Of a stretch of DNA of 32,000 bases, positions 27,531 through 32,000 are shown in pieces (position 1 is the first letter of the stretch; each line of letters begins with the position of its first letter). Below the pieces are notes generated by a model. That model saw only the letters and a program-made list of their open reading frames with translations, did not search any database and was not told the DNA's origin. Location of the stretch: the sequence record MF957259.1. The stretch is one strand, 5' to 3'. A program made the translations under genes and the position numbers. Source of the DNA: Salmonella phage Melville.

Positions 27531-27548
27531 GGGAGCCGAGGCTCCCTT
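27531..27548 (-). terminator. Stem-loop, probable terminator
   Basis: AAGGGAGCC TC GGCTCCCTTtg on minus strand. Confidence 0.6.
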
Positions 27549-27690
27549 AAATTTTACGATATGTTATAGTATTTTCGGCTTTTGCTTTATCGTGTAATAG
27601 TTTGAATTGTGACATCATTTCAGACATGCTGTTATGTATTTTTGTATAATCAACAGTCTTCTTTGGAGTTTCTGTCACGATTTTTACCAT
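27547..27690 (-). CDS. Hypothetical protein, 47 aa (MVKIVTETPKKTVDYTKIHNSMSEMMSQFKLLHDKAKAENTITYRKI)
   Basis: Hand-translated; overlaps end of upstream ORF. Confidence 0.5.
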   Translation of the reverse strand: MVKIVTETPKKTVDYTKIHNSMSEMMSQFKLLHDKAKAENTITYRKI

Positions 27691-27896
27691 TTCCACCACC
27701 GTTTAACTTGAAAAGTATCAGCCCAAACTAATGTTTTTTCATCTATAGCAATCTCTGAACTTTTAGTTACACCATACGGACCAAGAATTTTGTATGTGTT
27801 TTTAGAAGTTTTTAGAGCCATTGTTCCATTAACCATAGATAGAGTGAAACAGGCATTAACTTTAAGACGTTTGAATTTAACCTTTACTATTGCCAT
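27684..27896 (-). CDS. Hypothetical protein, 70 aa
   Basis: ORF. Confidence 0.6.
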   Translation of the reverse strand: MAIVKVKFKRLKVNACFTLSMVNGTMALKTSKNTYKILGPYGVTKSSEIAIDEKTLVWADTFQVKRWWKW

Positions 27897-28206
27897 TTAC
27901 AATTTCCCAAATCTGTCGACGAGTGGTTTCCCACTGTACTTTGACAAGTTCATCTGTGTAAGGTTGGCGTAAAATGTCCCGAGATTTCTCGATAGCATAT
28001 TTGTACGCCGCGAAGTTATTTTCTAGGACTGCTCTTTGCGCATGCTCATTTAAACGTTTAAGTTCTTTTGCATGCTTTTTATAAATTTTCGCTGCTTTAG
28101 CATTGGCTTCTTGGCGTGTTGCTTCTTCCATTCGAGCGATAATTTGTTCTACTTCTTCTGGGTTTTCATCAATTTTATTAATATTATCAATAATCTCTGG
28201 AGACAT
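27877..28206 (-). CDS. Hypothetical helical protein, 109 aa
   Basis: ORF. Confidence 0.7.
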   Translation of the reverse strand: MSPEIIDNINKIDENPEEVEQIIARMEEATRQEANAKAAKIYKKHAKELKRLNEHAQRAVLENNFAAYKYAIEKSRDILRQPYTDELVKVQWETTRRQIWEIVNGNSKG

Positions 28207-28215
28207 TTAATTACC

Positions 28216-28443
28216 TTATTTTGTAAAATAATCCAATGAAAAATAAAATCCGTCAGGAGATACAACATATTGATGAGGAACTTCTTTTCCATCAACAATA
28301 AATGTAATATCATGCGGATTAGTTGGGTCAATATGAATATCCATTTCGAGAACTTCCCTTAAATACATTTTTAGTATATAAGGAATAGCTTCTAATTCTG
28401 GAATATCTTCAAGCATTCCTGCGAGGTCAATCTTCAGCCTCAT
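28216..28443 (-). CDS. Hypothetical protein, 75 aa
   Basis: ORF overlapping the end of 55. Confidence 0.65.
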   Translation of the reverse strand: MRLKIDLAGMLEDIPELEAIPYILKMYLREVLEMDIHIDPTNPHDITFIVDGKEVPHQYVVSPDGFYFSLDYFTK

Positions 28444-28966
28444 ATAAAAAATCCAAATTCGGAGAATCGTCTACTTCAACACTCTTTTTGTCAGACCCTG
28501 GTGCTTTATAGGTCGATTCTTCATAATGCGTCATTTTATCATAGATGTCCTGAATAAACGTTTCATCTGCTAACGCGACCATATCATCGTCACGACTGTC
28601 ATAGACATTGTGAACAAAATAGCTATATTTCTTTGCCATCTCTTTGCGTTCTTTTTTGATACGCTGAACGAAAGCATTAAAACAAGCCTGAGTTATGTAT
28701 GCATGTGGGTTTTTGTATTTCTCTTCGTCAAAGTTTTTGAGACCTTTAATAGCAGCCTCAACTCCATCAGAAATCATTTCATCTTTCCATGATTGGGTGT
28801 ATCCTGAAAAGTTAAAACGCTTTGACAATCCCTCGGAAATAAGCATAATAGCTTTTCCAATAGTGTCATTCTGACGGACAAGCGTTCCTTCTGGAGCTTC
28901 TCTACATTTTTGTTTCCATTCACATATTGCGTTGTAAAGCTCTTTGTTGTTTACATAGTCAGCCAT
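28427..28966 (-). CDS. 55: Late transcription sigma factor gp55
   Basis: [39 protein letters not shown]...[25 protein letters not shown] matches T4 gp55. Confidence 0.97.
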   Translation of the reverse strand: MADYVNNKELYNAICEWKQKCREAPEGTLVRQNDTIGKAIMLISEGLSKRFNFSGYTQSWKDEMISDGVEAAIKGLKNFDEEKYKNPHAYITQACFNAFVQRIKKERKEMAKKYSYFVHNVYDSRDDDMVALADETFIQDIYDKMTHYEESTYKAPGSDKKSVEVDDSPNLDFLYEAED

Positions 28967-29035
28967 TAATACCTCATCGCCTCAAGTTTATATATACTTT
29001 TATTATATCATATTTGCAGGGCAAGAGGTTATTTG

Positions 29036-29323
29036 CTAATTAGAAGAACGAAGAATGCAATACATCTGAAAAAGTTGTTCACCAATTTCTTTAAATTGGT
29101 CAAATAAAAGAAAATAGGCAGTGTATGAATATAAATCGTTGTCTTCCCAAAAATCGTTGAAACTATTAAACATTTCGGTGTAATCTTTTTGGTTGAGCTT
29201 TGAAGCGTGAGAATGCCAATATACTCCAGGCATAACGCCAGTTTCAAACCTAATTCCCATCATATAATCAACACTAAAAACACCAAAATTCTCAATAATT
29301 AATTTAAGTTCTGTTCTTTTCAT
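29036..29323 (-). CDS. Hypothetical protein, 95 aa
   Basis: ORF from MKRTELK. Confidence 0.65.
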   Translation of the reverse strand: MKRTELKLIIENFGVFSVDYMMGIRFETGVMPGVYWHSHASKLNQKDYTEMFNSFNDFWEDNDLYSYTAYFLLFDQFKEIGEQLFQMYCILRSSN

Positions 29324-29364
29324 TGTTCCTCGCTTATTCGACAAGTTTGTTCACAATTAATCAA

Positions 29365-29616
29365 TCATAATTCAAACGCAGTAAAACTATCAGCAACTAA
29401 ACTGGCAAATAGATGAAACGGAATAATGTTTTCCTCGTCTTCAACTTCTTCAATGAATTGCTCATATAAAATCTCGTTGGTATAATCACGGAAAATAGCT
29501 ATATCGCTTTCCCAATATGCTCCAGTTAATTCGTTTAAAAAATAAACTGAGCCATCATTATGGATTATCCATTCTCCATAATTTTCCAAAACAATAGAAA
29601 TTTGTTTATATTTCAT
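29365..29616 (-). CDS. Hypothetical protein, 83 aa
   Basis: ORF; similar to the adjacent 95-aa protein. Confidence 0.7.
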   Translation of the reverse strand: MKYKQISIVLENYGEWIIHNDGSVYFLNELTGAYWESDIAIFRDYTNEILYEQFIEEVEDEENIIPFHLFASLVADSFTAFEL

Positions 29617-29843
29617 AGAACAAGTTCCTTAGCAGCTTCTAAAGCTTTATCCATTGAACTGAATGCATCTACTGAGTGATAATCTTTACCTGTGTATTCA
29701 TATAACCACCAGGCGTCAAAGTCTTCTTCAATAACGTAACCAACACCGTTCTTCGAAGTACCTTCAATCATCAGCCTCCCATCTTCAACAGAAGCATCAA
29801 ATCCCGCGAGTTCTAAATCTGCAACAATTTGTTCTTTATTCAT
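29613..29843 (-). CDS. Hypothetical acidic protein, 76 aa
   Basis: ORF, ATGA overlap. Confidence 0.7.
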   Translation of the reverse strand: MNKEQIVADLELAGFDASVEDGRLMIEGTSKNGVGYVIEEDFDAWWLYEYTGKDYHSVDAFSSMDKALEAAKELVL

Positions 29844-30099
29844 TCAGATATTCCTCAAGCTCTTTTCTTGTTAATCCTTCATTCCACATAGTAACAGGAT
29901 TAGGACAATCAGTGTTGCTAGTACTAATAGGATAATATCTCATTTCTTTACCAAGAGCATACAGACATCCAAATGCTTCGTAATAATTGACAGCTTGTTG
30001 AGTTTCAATCCGTTCAGGCAATGAAATAGCCTTCGCGCCTGTAATCGTGGGTTTCAAGTAAACTGCAATAAGTGCTATGCCTTCGCCGAATTCGCTCAT
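29836..30099 (-). CDS. Hypothetical protein, 87 aa
   Basis: ORF, overlapping junctions. Confidence 0.65.
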   Translation of the reverse strand: MSEFGEGIALIAVYLKPTITGAKAISLPERIETQQAVNYYEAFGCLYALGKEMRYYPISTSNTDCPNPVTMWNEGLTRKELEEYLNE

Positions 30100-30434
30100 T
30101 TTGCCGCCTTAACAATTTTGAGGTCAACAAATCCTTTCTTGCGCTGATTTTTCATTTTACGAATAGTGCGTTCGGAAATTTCAGGTTTTTTATTTGTTGG
30201 AATACCAAAAGCATCTAGATTAAATTCATCAATAATATAACAAACAATCAATTCACGAATTCGAGCTTTTCCAATCTTCTGGTCGTTCTCTTTCATAGTT
30301 CCATGAAGAGCAGTTTCCCATTCATCTAAAATTTCAGGCGTGACAATAACATATTTGAATTCACCATCAACTTTCATTTCTTCAACTTTAGGGAAAACAA
30401 AAGAGTTCAGAACGTTTTTGATAGCTTGTGACAT
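30096..30434 (-). CDS. Hypothetical protein, 112 aa
   Basis: ORF, TGAGGAAAATAAC leader. Confidence 0.7.
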   Translation of the reverse strand: MSQAIKNVLNSFVFPKVEEMKVDGEFKYVIVTPEILDEWETALHGTMKENDQKIGKARIRELIVCYIIDEFNLDAFGIPTNKKPEISERTIRKMKNQRKKGFVDLKIVKAAK

Positions 30435-30504
30435 GTTATTTTCCTCATTGGTCGTTAGATGTTTGACATAGAGATTTTAAATTAAAATCCCTATAGCAAA
30501 TATA

Positions 30505-30771
30505 CTACGCGACTCTTACGGCATCAATCAATTCTTGTACCACAATATCCAATTCACTTGTGTATACATCCGGAACCAGAGCCTTAATACAATTGCTCAT
30601 TCGGCCCGGGTAGTGTTGAGCATGATTGAGCGAAACATCCGTCCGACAACCCTTCGCCCGGAAAATAACTTCTTCATCAGAAATTTCAACCGTGAGCGGC
30701 ACTTTATCCGTAGATGAAGTACGAATAATCATTTCATACTTAATCATACTCGTTTTAGATACGATAATCAT
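30505..30771 (-). CDS. Hypothetical protein, 88 aa
   Basis: ORF from MIIVSKTS. Confidence 0.65.
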   Translation of the reverse strand: MIIVSKTSMIKYEMIIRTSSTDKVPLTVEISDEEVIFRAKGCRTDVSLNHAQHYPGRMSNCIKALVPDVYTSELDIVVQELIDAVRVA

Positions 30772-30772
30772 A

Positions 30773-31054
30773 TTATTCACCAAAAATTATATTAGGAATT
30801 CCGGATTCCATAATGTTTTTACCTTCAGGGTCCATTAAACCCCAAACATACCGTATTAACTCAGAAGCTTCTACACCTGAAGTTGAAACTTCAAAAGCCA
30901 TTTGCTGAATTATTTTAGCGCCAATTGCCTTGAAAATTGAGCTATCTACTCCAGGCCGGTAAATGGCAATCTCACGGTAAAACAAGTCAATTTTTACTAT
31001 AACAGATTCTCCGTCAGAATTACGTAGATAAACTTCAATATTATCAACTTTCAT
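30773..31054 (-). CDS. Hypothetical protein, 93 aa
   Basis: ORF from MKVDNIEV with TTGGAGAAT SD; the longer 120-aa version would start inside the promoter. Confidence 0.7.
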   Translation of the reverse strand: MKVDNIEVYLRNSDGESVIVKIDLFYREIAIYRPGVDSSIFKAIGAKIIQQMAFEVSTSGVEASELIRYVWGLMDPEGKNIMESGIPNIIFGE

Positions 31055-31098
31055 TTTATTCTCCAAGTTGGTTTTTACCATTTGTGCGGTATGAGGTA

Positions 31099-31128
31099 AT
31101 AGTATCACAGTTTTTGGAGGATGTAAAC
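31099..31128 (-). promoter_or_regulatory. T4-type early promoter
   Basis: GTTTAC-N18-TACTAT. Confidence 0.7.
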
Positions 31129-31136
31129 GGTTCATT

Positions 31137-31166
31137 CAAAAGAAAAGAGGGACCGCTAGGGTCCCT
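31137..31166 (-). terminator. Rho-independent terminator after nrdH-like gene
   Basis: AGGGACC-CTAGC-GGTCCCT followed by CTTTTCTTTT. Confidence 0.85.
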
Positions 31167-31219
31167 TTAATTTAAAGTTAATATATTATATTAGAATGGC
31201 GTAAGAATGGGATAGAGTA

Positions 31220-31531
31220 TCACTCTTCGTCCAGGTTATAACCTAAGACGCTAAGTTGTTCTAATAGGTGGGATTTGTTGCGTATTCTTTGGTTGTTCAG
31301 AAAAACAATGGGATATCGTAGAGCTAAACTTGGATAACTACCTACGCGTTTAGCCGCTTCAGTAATTCGGTCTCTGTCGTAGACAAATCCAACTTCGTTT
31401 TTATTTGGAATTATTACATCGTAAAAAGCATAAGGGATATTTTCATCATCCAAAGTTTTACGAATTGAATAGCAGGCCGGACACCGGCCTGCTGTCTCAG
31501 GAATTCCGTATATTTCTATTTTTGCAGACAT
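31220..31531 (-). CDS. nrdH: Glutaredoxin NrdH-like, 103 aa
   Basis: KIEIYGIPETAGRCPACYSIRKTLDDENIPYAFYDV; CPAC active site; T4 context. Confidence 0.75.
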   Translation of the reverse strand: MSAKIEIYGIPETAGRCPACYSIRKTLDDENIPYAFYDVIIPNKNEVGFVYDRDRITEAAKRVGSYPSLALRYPIVFLNNQRIRNKSHLLEQLSVLGYNLDEE

Positions 31532-31884
31532 CTTATTTCTTCAATAAGCGCTTCAATTTGTTTAAGTTTATCTTCAATTGAAGCTTTGGAGGTTGATTCA
31601 ATTATGTATTTCTCGTCAACTTCATATAGAACATCTTTGTCGTAGAAGTTGAATAAACAGCTTTGGTCAAAATCGTCCGCGTCAAAAATACGCTTATCAT
31701 GACTAAGAATTCTCATGACTTCAGCGTGTTCACCATACCCATTTAATTCTAGTACTTTGAATGCGCCGCCTTTGAGCTCGTCATAAAGTTTTTCATCACC
31801 TTTTGCCCGGCCCACAGATAACCATTTGCTTACTTCCGCCGGGTTATAAGCGTACCATTGACCTGCTTTGAATTCAGTAATCAT
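31516..31884 (-). CDS. Hypothetical protein, 122 aa (from MITEFKAGQWY)
   Basis: ATG at 31884 follows the stop of an upstream reading frame. Confidence 0.7.
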   Translation of the reverse strand: MITEFKAGQWYAYNPAEVSKWLSVGRAKGDEKLYDELKGGAFKVLELNGYGEHAEVMRILSHDKRIFDADDFDQSCLFNFYDKDVLYEVDEKYIIESTSKASIEDKLKQIEALIEEIRCLQK

Positions 31885-31885
31885 A

Positions 31886-31999
31886 TTAATATTGTCCAAA
31901 GAAAATGAAAGCATAAAGAGCGGGGAACTCTTCACCAAAACGCTCAATGTAACTGTACATGTACACTTGAAGTTCATGAATCCAAGGATAGTGAATCTG
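31886..31999 (-). CDS. C-terminal part of an upstream CDS running off the window (...QIHYPWIHELQVYMYSYIERFGEEFPALYAFIFFGQY)
   Basis: Open frame from the window edge to a stop 1-2 nt before the next ATG. Confidence 0.6.
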   Translation of the reverse strand, partial: QIHYPWIHELQVYMYSYIERFGEEFPALYAFIFFGQY

Positions 32000-32000
32000 C

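Noticed and set aside
28990-29020. TGATATAAT upstream of gene 55 as a middle promoter
   Set aside because: A -10-like element is present but there is no acceptable MotA box or -35 at correct spacing, so it is not listed as a feature.
30473-30489. AT-rich palindrome GATTTTAA-T-TTAAAATC upstream of the 112-aa ORF
   Set aside because: Very AT-rich in an AT-rich intergenic gap; not distinguishable from chance without conservation data.
2331-31000. Plus-strand ORFs of 60-130 aa in the ORF track (e.g. 3427, 4364, 4612, 5650, 6596, 8962, 10364, 12566, 18225, 19131, 21505, 26419)
   Set aside because: Antisense to well-supported conserved genes or dense minus-strand ORFs, with composition typical of shadow ORFs. 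Only 7715-7924 has its own interval and a strong SD.
31954-31965. 12-bp palindrome TGTACATGTACA, initially considered an operator
   Set aside because: It falls inside an open frame that runs off the window (…QVYMYSY…), so coding sequence explains it adequately.
1-32000. tRNAs, rRNAs, CRISPR arrays, integrase/transposase, retrons, toxin-antitoxin or restriction operons
   Set aside because: Looked for and not seen; nothing resembling cloverleaf genes, spaced identical repeats, reverse transcriptase or recombinase motifs.

Overview
The window is an almost entirely minus-strand segment of a T4-like myovirus (Straboviridae/Tevenvirinae-type) genome: the early/middle DNA replication, recombination and nucleotide-modification block. 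In transcription order (right to left), recognisable genes are a partial upstream CDS, nrdH-like glutaredoxin, a cluster of small early ORFs, late sigma factor 55, small ORFs, 47, HNH endonuclease, 46, rpbA, 45, 44, 62, regA, second HNH endonuclease, 43, putative lipoprotein, imm, 42, putative beta-glucosyl-HMC-alpha-glucosyltransferase, beta-gt, uvsX, 40, 41, small ORF in the position of T4 dmd, spackle (sp), small ORFs, primase 61, a lone plus-strand membrane ORF, dUTPase/dCTPase 56, several orphan ORFs, modA-like ADP-ribosyltransferase, srd-like gene, dda, dexA, small ORFs and an FmdB-like zinc-ribbon ORF. Reading the DNA gave six early promoters with an invariant GTTTAC-N18-(TACTAT/TATGAT/TAGAAT) layout, several MotA-box middle promoters, some directly abutting hairpin terminators, a 29-nt exact duplicated promoter-leader module, and a decayed duplicate of the sp leader. 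I see no evidence for a wholly new multi-gene system. The best novelty candidates are the plus-strand membrane ORF where T4 has dam, the early lipoprotein next to imm, the divergent ORF at the dmd position, the HNH-like motif in Srd, the paired HNH endonucleases in the replication operon and the mobile-looking regulatory cassettes. All homology calls are from remembered sequence features; no database search was run.
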